Origin: an uncultured Bacilli bacterium
GTDB lineage: Bacteria; Bacillota_I; Bacilli_A; RFN20; CAG-631
Length of the DNA: 64,000 nt
Direction of reading: 5' to 3'
NCBI GenBank assembly: GCA_947599835.1
Contig: CANQFQ010000003.1
Span: forward strand, 68,072-132,071
Part shown: positions 49,559 through 59,596 of the stretch, in pieces
Position numbering within the stretch: position 1 is the first letter of the stretch
How the letters are laid out: every line of letters starts with the position of its first letter
Notes under the pieces: generated by a model
Seen by the model: only the letters and a program-made list of their open reading frames with translations
The model's database searches: none
What the model was told of the DNA's origin: nothing
Position numbers and translations under genes: made by a program

Positions 49559-49690
49559 GTTAGGGTTTCATTTTTATATTTAAGATTGTTTCTATTTTTG
49601 TAGGAACAATCTTTTTTTAACAAAAAAATTAAGTTTTTTTGTCTTGGTATTAGAGCCAAGAAAATGCCTACACTAATGATGGTGATAAAA

Positions 49691-51295
49691 ATGAAAAAAA
49701 GAATCATAATTGCCTTAACTTTTTTTGTTGGTATTATCATTACTTTAGTTTTATTATCTAAACCGAAAGATCCAATTCAAATCAGAAAAACCAGCGAAAA
49801 AGACATTTTAAATTACGTCAAAACGCATCAGCAAAATGATTATCCAATTTTAGTAACATCTCCACTCAATCCAAACAAACAGCAAGATGATGTAGATGAA
49901 GGAGATTTATTTTATTATGATGACCTTTTTCTATATGTGATTGACTATCAAAAATTATCTATTATAGATATCCAAAACAAAACCATTTTTAAAGAACTTG
50001 TTTTTGAAAATTTTACACCTACCGAGTTATTATTAACACAAGAGCAAATTATCCTTTTAGGTATTAAACAAACATCCCTTTCAATTGAAATCACATTCGG
50101 TAAAAATTTTCCTTATACGAATACCGAATGTGTGATTTATATTTTAAATAAAAACGATTATTCTATTGAACGTTATTTATCGTTTGATGAAAGCTATTAT
50201 GTATGTTCTTATAAAAATGAAAAGGGACTTTACTTTATTGTTTCAAGCAACGATTTTATCGATAAAAAGAATAAAAAAATCATCTATCCTTCTTATTTTG
50301 ATTCCAAATATGGTATTCAGCAATTAAATAAAGAAGAACTATATCTATCCAATTCTGGGAACCCTATTTACAGTCTTAAAATGCTATGTTATTTAAATTT
50401 AATGGAAACGAAGCCATTAAAAAGGTATGGCTTTTTAGGCGTTGAAGGGATTACCAAAATGAACCACGATTTTTTTATGATGACAAGCACCCTTTATTAC
50501 CAAGACGATGTGACAGTCGTTCATATTTTTTCATTAAACACATTGAAATATCAAGGCTATGTTTCCGTAAAAGGATATCTCATTAATTCATACGCATTCG
50601 ACACTTATCAAAATTATTTAAGAATTGCCACCAGTTATTTTGAACACAATCAGCCAATCAATCAAATTTACAATATTGATCTAATTCACTTAACCATTAT
50701 TTCGAAAAAAAATATTGCCCCTTCAGAAACCATTTATGCCCTACGTTTTCATGAAAATCATGCGTATTTATCGACATATTTATATATTGATCCGCTCTTT
50801 GTTTTAGATTTTTCAAATCCACACGAAATTCAAATCAAAGCACAAAAAGAAATAGATTATTTATGTGAATATTTATCTTTAAAAAATGATTCTATTTTTT
50901 CTATAGGAAGAGTTTTAGATGATAAAAATCTTTCTACAGGAATTCGCTTATCATTATTTAACCCAACCACATTACAAAGCGTCGACGAGTATACGATAAA
51001 TCAATTATATGCTGATATTGAGGTCCGATTTCAACAAAAAGGGTTAATTCAATCTGATTCGCTCGTAATTTTTTCTATGTCGAGTCAACAAGCATCCAGC
51101 GTTGAAGTCTTTAATGTTCAACAAACCATTCAACCCATTTGCAGTATACTTTATAACGACGATTACATCATCCGAATATCGGTTGTTCATCATGAACTGA
51201 TTTGTTTAAGTTATGATAATCTCTACTTTTATGATTTATCTTCTTATCAATTATTAAAAATTTTACCTTATCATTCAATCGAAACGAAAGTTTAA
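49691..51295 (+). CDS. Secreted beta-propeller domain protein
   Basis: N-terminal TM, QQDDVDEGD, GYLINSYAFD...YLRIAT, ETIYALRF, IDPLFVLD. Confidence 0.78.
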   Translation: MKKRIIIALTFFVGIIITLVLLSKPKDPIQIRKTSEKDILNYVKTHQQNDYPILVTSPLNPNKQQDDVDEGDLFYYDDLFLYVIDYQKLSIIDIQNKTIFKELVFENFTPTELLLTQEQIILLGIKQTSLSIEITFGKNFPYTNTECVIYILNKNDYSIERYLSFDESYYVCSYKNEKGLYFIVSSNDFIDKKNKKIIYPSYFDSKYGIQQLNKEELYLSNSGNPIYSLKMLCYLNLMETKPLKRYGFLGVEGITKMNHDFFMMTSTLYYQDDVTVVHIFSLNTLKYQGYVSVKGYLINSYAFDTYQNYLRIATSYFEHNQPINQIYNIDLIHLTIISKKNIAPSETIYALRFHENHAYLSTYLYIDPLFVLDFSNPHEIQIKAQKEIDYLCEYLSLKNDSIFSIGRVLDDKNLSTGIRLSLFNPTTLQSVDEYTINQLYADIEVRFQQKGLIQSDSLVIFSMSSQQASSVEVFNVQQTIQPICSILYNDDYIIRISVVHHELICLSYDNLYFYDLSSYQLLKILPYHSIETKV

Positions 51296-51320
51296 AAAAA
51301 GCGAGAAATCCCGCTTTTTT
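51295..51320. terminator. Bidirectional terminator
   Basis: AAAAAAGCG-agaaatcc-CGCTTTTTT between convergent genes. Confidence 0.7.
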
Positions 51321-51805
51321 TATTTTAATAATAATCCGTTTTTACACGTTACGGATTGAAGTTGATTTCCTTGATAAACCAAATGATAATGTACATTTTT
51401 TATTTTCTTTTGATAAATCTCTGATAAAAAAATTTGAATATCAGCTATAATTCCCGTATTTTTAGGATGGTTTATCCAAGCAATAGATTTAAAATCTAAC
51501 ACTCCTTCATCTGTTTTTTGAGGATAATTAGAAATATCATAATCTTTGGGTAAATCTGCAACGTATATAAAGCCAAGCCCATCATCATAATTCCAAGTAA
51601 ATGTTGCTATTAACTCAACCTTATCAATTCTAATTTTTGTTTCTTCAAATATTTCTCTTTTTGCACATTCCTCCATGGTTTCACCCATAATTTGATGTCC
51701 ACCCACCGCATTCCATTGTCCCATAAACGGTGGTTTATTACGATTAATTAATAAAAATGAATCTTCTTTTTTTAAAAAGCATAATGATAAATGTTCTCTA
51801 TCCAA
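51320..51805 (-). CDS. Nudix hydrolase (MutT/MutX-like 8-oxo-dGTPase)
   Basis: WNAVGG...GETMEECAKREIFEET Nudix box. Confidence 0.85.
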   Translation of the reverse strand: MDREHLSLCFLKKEDSFLLINRNKPPFMGQWNAVGGHQIMGETMEECAKREIFEETKIRIDKVELIATFTWNYDDGLGFIYVADLPKDYDISNYPQKTDEGVLDFKSIAWINHPKNTGIIADIQIFLSEIYQKKIKNVHYHLVYQGNQLQSVTCKNGLLLK

Positions 51806-53228
51806 CGGTAATATCCTCCTCAGGAAGTGTTCTTAAATTTTTAGCCACTTTCTTATCTGACCAAATCAATAGGGATGTGGCAATACCCACATAACCAATA
51901 AACATAATAAAAATTAAAATAATTTTGGACAAAACGTTTAAATTTGCGGTAATGCCTAAAGATAATCCCGTCGTACCAAAGGCACTACAAACTTCAAACA
52001 ATACTGCATCTAAAGAAAAAGATGTATTATTAATAAATAACAAAGCTACCGTTCCTATAATAATCATACTAATACCTGTGATAAAAACACTAATTGCTTT
52101 TTCTACTGTTTTCTTAGGAATTGTTCGTTGACATACTTCGATACGATCCGTTCCTGTAGCCGTACTTTTTAGCAAATAAATCACTAACAAAAAGGTGGTA
52201 CATCTTAGTCCTCCGCCCGTTGAAGCAGGAGCCGCACCAATAAACATCAATATAATAAATAAAAAGTTTGTAGATGGTGCAAAAACATTTAAATCAACTG
52301 TGGCAAACCCGGCATTTCTCGTAGATACCGTTTGAAAAATTAAAGCAAAAATTTTATCTGCTGTGTTATAGCCATTATTTCCAAATAAAAATCCCGTTTT
52401 TCCCGCTAATAATTCAGATGCAAAGACTAATATGAGCCCAATACTACCGATTAAAAAATAAGACTTTAAACTAAATTTTGTAAACAATGATAAATGATAA
52501 AGTTCCTTTTTTCTTTTCGCTTTAATATAATTTTTAATATCATAAAAAATTGGAAAGCCTAGTCCACCAATAATCAAACTTATCATGGTAACAATTTGAA
52601 TAAAATAATCTGATTTAAACACCATCAACGAGGATTGACCATTAACGACTGGAAAAATATCGAATCCTGCATTATTCACTGAAGAGACACCATGAAATAA
52701 CGAAGCCCATATTAATTGTGGAATGGAAGAAAACATATTTCGATATTCACTAACACAAATTAATCTTAAAAAAACAGCAAAAGCGGCGACAATTTCAGTA
52801 ATGAAAATCACAGATAAAGAAGTTTTGATTAAATCAATACTTCCACCCAATTTACCATTTCCTCTTTCGCTTGATGAGAATAATCTTTCTTTTAAACGTA
52901 TTTTTTTACCTAAAAATAATAAAAATATAATTTTTAACGACAGAATGCCAATACCACCAATTTGAATTAATAGCAAAATAATGAGTTGCCCAAAAAATGT
53001 AAATTGTTGACTTAAAATGACAGTAGATAACCCTGTATCACTACAAGCAGATGCAGAAACAAATAATGCATCAATAAATTTTATTTTAGGTGCACCATGA
53101 ATACTCGCAAAAGGCAATAATAATAACAAAGAGCCGATGACTAAAGTAATCAAATAGCCTTGAAATAATCTTTGAGCAATTGAGTTGCCAAAAAAGATGT
53201 TTTTAATTTTATAAAAGAATGCCTTCAT
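51798..53228 (-). CDS. ktrB: Ktr/TrkH potassium transporter membrane subunit
   Basis: Four pore loops: SACSDTGL, NNAGF, TRNAGF, SAFGTTGLS. Also ASTGGG. Confidence 0.92.
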   Translation of the reverse strand: MKAFFYKIKNIFFGNSIAQRLFQGYLITLVIGSLLLLLPFASIHGAPKIKFIDALFVSASACSDTGLSTVILSQQFTFFGQLIILLLIQIGGIGILSLKIIFLLFLGKKIRLKERLFSSSERGNGKLGGSIDLIKTSLSVIFITEIVAAFAVFLRLICVSEYRNMFSSIPQLIWASLFHGVSSVNNAGFDIFPVVNGQSSLMVFKSDYFIQIVTMISLIIGGLGFPIFYDIKNYIKAKRKKELYHLSLFTKFSLKSYFLIGSIGLILVFASELLAGKTGFLFGNNGYNTADKIFALIFQTVSTRNAGFATVDLNVFAPSTNFLFIILMFIGAAPASTGGGLRCTTFLLVIYLLKSTATGTDRIEVCQRTIPKKTVEKAISVFITGISMIIIGTVALLFINNTSFSLDAVLFEVCSAFGTTGLSLGITANLNVLSKIILIFIMFIGYVGIATSLLIWSDKKVAKNLRTLPEEDITVG

Positions 53229-53337
53229 TCTCTTTTTGCTCTCCTTTTAATTATATATATTATATATAATTCAAAATTTTTTTACAACGTCAATACAATA
53301 TAAAAAGCAACACTAAGTGCTGCTTCATTGGTCTTTT

Positions 53338-54165
53338 TTATGCAGGTTTATTGTTATTTGAATCGTTTTTCATTTCATCTAGCAATTTTTTATAAGCATC
53401 TCGCCACTTATTTTCATAAGTTCTTATGGCTTGTGAAATACGATATAAGGCTCTATCTTTCGCTAGTTTTATTTCTTCATCTGAAGACACTTTAATTGAG
53501 CCATCTAACTTTTGAAAAACGCTAAAAACTTCGTCAAATAAATCCTTAATTTCTTTTTCATCATAGCGATATCTTTCTTTATTAAAATGATATGCCCCCA
53601 TATATCCTCTTAATAGATTAAGAATATATTTATTTTCATAAGATTCTGGATTTCTTGTTTGTTGCAAAGTGGTTTTATAATTTTGATCTTCTTTAACAAT
53701 TTCATTAAAAAGAATTAAAGTAAAAATAACTCTAAAGAAATTTTCGTTACTAACGATACATTCATAAACCGAATCATTTAATACATTATTTTTCTTATTC
53801 ATTTCAACAAAACCATTCATAATATCATTTACAACTTGAAAGTTCTTTACTGTTTCTTCTAAAAATTCAAGCTTTTTATCAGGTTCAACTTTATGATTGT
53901 GATAAAGAACATAAAATTCTTTATCATATATATTTTCAAAATATTTTAATAAATCATCATAGTATTTTTTGCCGTTTTCATTAGGATTATTAACAAGAAA
54001 TTTGGCAATAAAATGTTCTTTTTCTAATAAATTTTTATAAAATTTTGTTCTTTGTTCAAACGCATTTTCTTTAATTTCTAATGGATCGTGACAATATTCG
54101 AGAGAATCACGAATGATAAAGCTTAAATGTAATAAATCAACTAATGCATAATTTTCTTTTTGCAT
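53338..54165 (-). CDS. Hypothetical all-helical protein
   Basis: 275-aa ORF with GGAGG RBS, own TATAAT upstream and a terminator downstream. No motif recognised. Confidence 0.75.
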   Translation of the reverse strand: MQKENYALVDLLHLSFIIRDSLEYCHDPLEIKENAFEQRTKFYKNLLEKEHFIAKFLVNNPNENGKKYYDDLLKYFENIYDKEFYVLYHNHKVEPDKKLEFLEETVKNFQVVNDIMNGFVEMNKKNNVLNDSVYECIVSNENFFRVIFTLILFNEIVKEDQNYKTTLQQTRNPESYENKYILNLLRGYMGAYHFNKERYRYDEKEIKDLFDEVFSVFQKLDGSIKVSSDEEIKLAKDRALYRISQAIRTYENKWRDAYKKLLDEMKNDSNNNKPA

Positions 54166-54309
54166 GAAAAATCGCCTCCACGACTTAAGTAAACATTGCT
54201 ATTATACTATTTTTTTATTAAAAAATGAATAGCATAATGAAAAGAATTCAATTCCAAATTGAACGAGAAATCTACATACGACAGCGCACCTTCGTATGTT
54301 TCAATATGA

Positions 54310-54712
54310 CTACTTCTTTTTACTCTTTGCTAATATGTAATACTCTATCGTAGATATGGTTTCTAAAAGAAAAGCATATTGTCTAATATACATGAAAACT
54401 TCCGAAGAATCTCCTTTAGCAAAATAGCCTAAAGTTACATTTTTATTTTCTTTGATTGTACCATTAAAAAGTTTGATAAAATGAGGATTTTCACGGTTTA
54501 TTCGATCTAAATACGCTTGCGCTTTTTTTATCATTTCCTTGCTTATAGTAAAGTATAAATAGAAGAAATCACATCTCTAAGTTTTCTTCAGAATATTGTC
54601 TATATAGTTTAAGCATATCATTTTCTTCTTCAAAAAAAGCATAGATGGCCATAAGTAAATATCTAGCATCTAGGTTATCCTTGTGGTTTAATCGAATCAA
54701 TTCCATCACAAG
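54310..54712 (-). pseudogene. Degraded helical-repeat (TPR-like) protein gene
   Basis: LIRLNHKDNLDARYLLMAIYAFFEEE...ENLEM, then an in-frame TGA, FLLFILYYKQGNDKK, then a frameshift in an A7 run into AQAYLDRIN... No intact 5' end. Confidence 0.65.
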
Positions 54713-55249
54713 ATAAATCTATTTTTTAAGAAAAATTACATTTTTGCTGTTTCAAATTTTCTTTCAATGGCACAATCATTTTCTATCCAACACAACTTTT
54801 AAATTTTAGATTATTCGTTTTTTTGAGATTTTTTTACATCAATTGCCAATATTGACTTCATGTTTTTGAAACATCACTTAAAATCCTCAATTCTATTATT
54901 TTTAATTTGATTTTTTAGGTATTGATATAATTCAATCGTTTTCAAACGCAATATAAAAAATTGAGTTTTTAACAACCCTACTTTCTTAACGACTACAAAT
55001 CAACTTGTTATCTATATAACTTTTAAAATAATAACAATTTAGCACTATTCATTTTTAATTCTTTTTTTGTTGCCGGCGATCCTATGAATGATAGAGAAAA
55101 CAAACATACTTACAGGATATCCATTGTGAAGTTGAAAATATTCCAACAAAACGATATGTTAACATATATTTGGCAAGCAATGATTAGCATTTTTCATAAA
55201 AAAAGATGATGTTACAATTTTAGCTAATTGAACTCATCTTTATTTTCTA

Positions 55250-55765
55250 TTACATTTCAAATTGGGTAATAATGGTTTGTTTTTCTTTCAATGATTTTTT
55301 CGTATCAATAATTCTTTGATTTCGGCTTCCCATAAAATCGAGATCTAAATCACGTTGTTCTAAGATAAAAGGACCATCAATCAAAAAATCAATTTGTTGA
55401 AGCAATTGAATAATCAGTGGGTTTTTCTTTGCTTTTTCGAGTAAATTTTCATAAGTATAACCCGTATAGCAAATCACATCAAACGTAGGATGTTTTTCTT
55501 TTGTAAGTAAAACTAAGGTCAAACAAGCCTCCACTTGTTCAAAAGGATCGCCACCCGATAAAGTGATTCCATCCAGCAAAGGATTATTCGCCATTTTATC
55601 GACTAAATATTGAATTTCAACTTCTTTTCCGCCATTGAAATCATGTGTTTGTGGATTATGACACCCTTTGCAATGATGCAAACATCCTTGACAAAAGATA
55701 GTAAATCGTATGCCGGGACCATCGACATACGATTCACTAATATAATCATTAATTCGAATCAACAT
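55250..55765 (-). CDS. nrdG: Anaerobic ribonucleotide reductase activating enzyme
   Basis: ESYVDGPGIR, CxxxCxxC radical SAM motif, GITLSGGDP, GSRNQR. Confidence 0.96.
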   Translation of the reverse strand: MLIRINDYISESYVDGPGIRFTIFCQGCLHHCKGCHNPQTHDFNGGKEVEIQYLVDKMANNPLLDGITLSGGDPFEQVEACLTLVLLTKEKHPTFDVICYTGYTYENLLEKAKKNPLIIQLLQQIDFLIDGPFILEQRDLDLDFMGSRNQRIIDTKKSLKEKQTIITQFEM

Positions 55766-58079
55766 TTTCTAAACCAGAATGTTTAACACGGTATTCGACT
55801 TCTTGTCGTTTTGCATTGTTAAAACGATCTAACGTTCCTACTAAATACCCTGTAATTCGACGAATCCTTTCAAATTTAACATCGCCTTCTTGACGATGAC
55901 ATTTTGGACATTCGTTATTAATAATTCCATTAAAACCACAAATAGGATCTCGATCTACTGGATGATTTACACTACCATAACCAATTCCTTTTTCTTTCAT
56001 GTGGCGAATAATTTTTTCAAAAGCTTTTGGATTTTTAGCAATATCTCCATCCACTTCAACATAAGAAATGTGACCTGCATTCGTTAAAGCGTGATATGGC
56101 GCTTCACGATTAATTTTTTCAAAAGCAGAAATATTGTAATATACAGGAATATGGAAAGAGTTCGTATAGAAATCTTTATCTGTAACGCCTTCAATAATAC
56201 CAAATTTTTGTTTGTCTATTTTTACAAACCGACCGGATAACCCTTCTGCTGGTGTAGCTAATAGAGAGAAATTCAAACCATATTTTTCAGCCGCTTGATC
56301 ACATCTTTCACGCATGTGGGTAATAATTTTAATGCCCATTTCTTGTGCTTCATCACTTTCGCCATGGTGATGTCCTGTTAAAACTTTTAAAGCTTCAGCC
56401 AGACCAATAAAACCAATGGATAAAGTACCATGTTTGATGACTTCTGATATTTCATCATCAAATTTTAATTTTTCACTATCAATCCAAACACCTTGACCCA
56501 TCAAAAATGGAAAATTATACACTCTTTTTTTAGATTGAATATAAAATCTTTCTAATAATTGATCAATTACTAAATCGATTAAACGATCAATTTCTTTAAT
56601 AAAAGCATTGTATTTTCTCGTTTTCAAAGCCGCTCTTGGAAGATTAATCGAAGTAAAACTAAGATTGCCTCTTCCCGTTACTATTTGTTTGGATGGATCA
56701 TACACATTTCCAATGACCCGTGTACGACAACCCATATAAGCAATTTCAGTATTATAATCTCCTGGTTTATAATATTGTAAATTAAATGGTGCATCAATAA
56801 AAGAATAATTAGGGAATAATCTCTTTCCAGATACAACTAAAGATTTTTTAAATAAATCATAGTTTTTATCTTGTGGATTATAGTTGATGCCTTCTTTTAT
56901 CTTAAAAATTTGAATTGGAAAAATTGGTGTTTCGCCACCGCCAAGACCATCTGAAGTAGCATCCAACAAACAATCCATTGCCATTCTTCCTTCTTCACTC
57001 GTATCCGTTCCATAATTTAATGAAGAAAAAGGAACTTGAGCTCCAGCTCTAGAATGCATTGTATTTAAGTTACACAATAAAGCTTCCATCGCTTGATAAG
57101 TTGCTTTTCTTGTTTCATTGTAACTATTTTTGGTCGTTTCTTCAATTATTTTATCCACACTTTTTTCTTCTAGATTAAATTTGTTTTTAATAGCCTCTTT
57201 AACTAAAGCATCAACGCTAGGATTTAACATTGCTACTTTAACATTATTTTTTTCTTCCACATCCATCACTAATTCTTTGACTGCATCTTCACATTCATTA
57301 CCGGTCATAAATTCAATGTATTTTGCTAAATTCGCGATGAATAATTTATGATACGTTTTTCGAACACCTAAAGCCATTGCATAATCAAAGTTAGGTACAC
57401 TTTGTCCACCGTGTTGATCGTTTTGATTGGCTTGAATGGCAATACATGCTAAAGCACTATAACTACGAATGTCATTGGGTTCACGAAGATAACCATTTCC
57501 TGTTGAAAAACCATCCTTAAACAACTTAATCAAATCAATTTGACAGCAAGTCATAGTTAAAGAATAGAAATCTAAATCATGAATATGAATTTCGCCTTCT
57601 TGATGCGCTTTAGAAAAACGAGGTTCAATTAAATAGTTCAAATAAAAACTTTTAGCTGATTCGCTGCCATATTTTAACATCGTTCCCATGGCAGTATCAC
57701 CATTAATATTTGCGTTTTCTCTTTTTGCGTCATTGTCTTTCGAAGATTTAAAAGTGATTTCTTTGAGGGTTTGCATTAAACGACTATTGGTTTCTCTAAT
57801 TCTAGTTCTTTCTGCACGATATAAAATATAAGATTTTGCAATTTCGCTACAGCCTTGACGAATTAAAGTTTTTTCAACTATATCTTGAATTTCCTCTACT
57901 GAAGGAATCGATTTTTTATATGTTTTATTAATTTCTTTTATGACTGCATCGGTGACCTTTTGGACCAATTCGGCATCGTGTACATCACACGCTTCAGCAG
58001 CCTTAAAAATTGCAACATAAATTTTTTCTGGATTGAACATTACTTTACGTCCATCTCTTTTTTTAATTTTTTGCACCAT
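55749..58079 (-). CDS. nrdD: Anaerobic (class III) ribonucleoside-triphosphate reductase
   Basis: ATP cone IKKRDGR, IHIHDLDF, TCCQ, YMGCRT, ATPAEGL, RITGYL glycyl-radical motif. Confidence 0.97.
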   Translation of the reverse strand: MVQKIKKRDGRKVMFNPEKIYVAIFKAAEACDVHDAELVQKVTDAVIKEINKTYKKSIPSVEEIQDIVEKTLIRQGCSEIAKSYILYRAERTRIRETNSRLMQTLKEITFKSSKDNDAKRENANINGDTAMGTMLKYGSESAKSFYLNYLIEPRFSKAHQEGEIHIHDLDFYSLTMTCCQIDLIKLFKDGFSTGNGYLREPNDIRSYSALACIAIQANQNDQHGGQSVPNFDYAMALGVRKTYHKLFIANLAKYIEFMTGNECEDAVKELVMDVEEKNNVKVAMLNPSVDALVKEAIKNKFNLEEKSVDKIIEETTKNSYNETRKATYQAMEALLCNLNTMHSRAGAQVPFSSLNYGTDTSEEGRMAMDCLLDATSDGLGGGETPIFPIQIFKIKEGINYNPQDKNYDLFKKSLVVSGKRLFPNYSFIDAPFNLQYYKPGDYNTEIAYMGCRTRVIGNVYDPSKQIVTGRGNLSFTSINLPRAALKTRKYNAFIKEIDRLIDLVIDQLLERFYIQSKKRVYNFPFLMGQGVWIDSEKLKFDDEISEVIKHGTLSIGFIGLAEALKVLTGHHHGESDEAQEMGIKIITHMRERCDQAAEKYGLNFSLLATPAEGLSGRFVKIDKQKFGIIEGVTDKDFYTNSFHIPVYYNISAFEKINREAPYHALTNAGHISYVEVDGDIAKNPKAFEKIIRHMKEKGIGYGSVNHPVDRDPICGFNGIINNECPKCHRQEGDVKFERIRRITGYLVGTLDRFNNAKRQEVEYRVKHSGLENVDSN

Positions 58080-58179
58080 TTAAATTTCCCCCTTTAATAC
58101 AAATAAGCGTATAAGAAAAATAACTTTCTATAAAATCTAGAGAATGTATAAAAGTTATTTTAATGCTTTTGGTGTTTTC

Positions 58180-58208
58180 ATTATAGAAAACGAAAATTTA
58201 ATTTTCAA
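58180..58208 (-). promoter_or_regulatory. SigA promoter of nrdDG
   Basis: TTGAAA-17 nt-TATAAT on the minus strand. Confidence 0.7.
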
Positions 58209-58427
58209 TACTTGTTTTTTATGCTTTTTTATGATTTAAAAAAATTGTAAATTTTTGATGACTTTTATTTTTTCAAAAAGAGTTTAATTTTGCGCATTTT
58301 ATTATTTTTTTTGGCTCTTTTTCATTTTTTATAGGTTTCTCTGTTTTTGTTATATTTTTCACAAATAATTTTTTGCCCATTTTTTCTTCCATAAATTGAA
58401 TACGATATAGGTGAAGGAGTGAAAACA

Positions 58428-58811
58428 ATGAATAACAAAAATTTTGTTGTCAATTCTTCAAGTAAGGAAATGTTTTATGATGCAAACGAAGGCTTTATAA
58501 AAGGAAATATTCAAAAAAATATTTATGATATGTATAAAGATTACATCCCTGTGGAACCTAAAGTAAAAAATGAAAAAGAAGCTTTACTTCTTTTTATACA
58601 AAAAAGCGGTTTTGCAACACATGATTTAGATTTATACTTAGATACGCACCCTGAATCTAAAGACGCATTAGAATTAAGAAATTACTATTTAAAGCAATAT
58701 CACGATGCTCTGCAACGTTACCAAGAAAAATATGGCCCATTAACGCTTGGATTTGAAAATATGAAAACTTTTTCTTGGGTCCAATTCCCTTGGCCATGGG
58801 AGGAAAAATAA
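58428..58811 (+). CDS. cotJB: Spore coat protein CotJB with N-terminal CotJA-like segment
   Basis: FATHDLDLYLDTHP, YQEKYGPLT, WVQFPWPWE. AAGGAG RBS. Confidence 0.9.
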   Translation: MNNKNFVVNSSSKEMFYDANEGFIKGNIQKNIYDMYKDYIPVEPKVKNEKEALLLFIQKSGFATHDLDLYLDTHPESKDALELRNYYLKQYHDALQRYQEKYGPLTLGFENMKTFSWVQFPWPWEEK

Positions 58812-58812
58812 G

Positions 58813-59379
58813 ATGTGGAAATATAATAAATATTTACAATACCCTATTCATATTAAGAAAAAAGATTTAAAAATGGCAAAATATATAATGACTCAATATG
58901 GCGGACCTTATGGTGAACTGGGTGCAGCTTTACGCTATTTAAATCAACGTTATACTATGCCTGATGATTTAGGAAAGGCCACTTTAACGGATATTGCTAG
59001 TGAAGAATTTGGTCATGTCGAAATGATTTCAACAATGATTTATCAATTAATGCAAGGCGCAAGTATCGAAGAATTAGAAAAAGAAGGACTAGGTAAAAAC
59101 TTTGCCCAACATGGAATGGCCTTATTTCCAAGCGATGTCTTTGGCGTTCCATTTTCCACGGCAAACATGGGTGCAACAAGCGATCCTTTAGCAGATATCG
59201 CTGAAGATTTAGCCGCCGAACAAAAGGCTAGAGCAACATATGAACACCTTATTGAATTGACCACAGATGCTGACGTTATACAACCTTTATTATTTTTAAG
59301 ACAAAGAGAAGTTGTACATTATCAAAGATTTAAAGAATTGTATGAACGTTATGCTAAGATGTTAAACAAAAAAATTTAA
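58813..59379 (+). CDS. cotJC: Spore coat manganese catalase family protein CotJC
   Basis: MWKYNKYLQYP, QYGGPYGEL, EEFGHVE, EDLAAEQKARATYE, LRQREVVHYQRF. Confidence 0.93.
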   Translation: MWKYNKYLQYPIHIKKKDLKMAKYIMTQYGGPYGELGAALRYLNQRYTMPDDLGKATLTDIASEEFGHVEMISTMIYQLMQGASIEELEKEGLGKNFAQHGMALFPSDVFGVPFSTANMGATSDPLADIAEDLAAEQKARATYEHLIELTTDADVIQPLLFLRQREVVHYQRFKELYERYAKMLNKKI

Positions 59380-59386
59380 ATGTTTT

Positions 59387-59411
59387 AGAGATGCCACGGC
59401 ATCTCTTTTTT
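59387..59411 (+). terminator. Intrinsic terminator of cotJ
   Basis: AGAGATGCC-ac-GGCATCTCT followed by TTTT. Confidence 0.85.
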
Positions 59412-59596
59412 ATACTCAAATACGTTTGACTCGTTAAATTAAGTTTTTTTGCATTGATGGTTATTGTTTTCTCTTCCTTATCTAATGAATGGATAGTCAG
59501 TCAAACCCATGAATGCTTTTTGGTAAATCTTTTAAAAATTTTTCTTCTATAACTTTGTTTTAAAGTAAGGTATAATGAAATTAAGGGGGAGGGTCA

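Noticed and set aside
54568-54573. In-frame TGA read as evidence for genetic code 4 (TGA=Trp)
   Set aside because: All intact genes are full length under code 11 with TGG for Trp, tldD ends in TGA, and the same frame also has a frameshift, so this is a pseudogene.
58210-58420. T-rich intergenic tract as a hidden ncRNA
   Set aside because: Low-complexity divergent promoter region with no stable stems or family motif.
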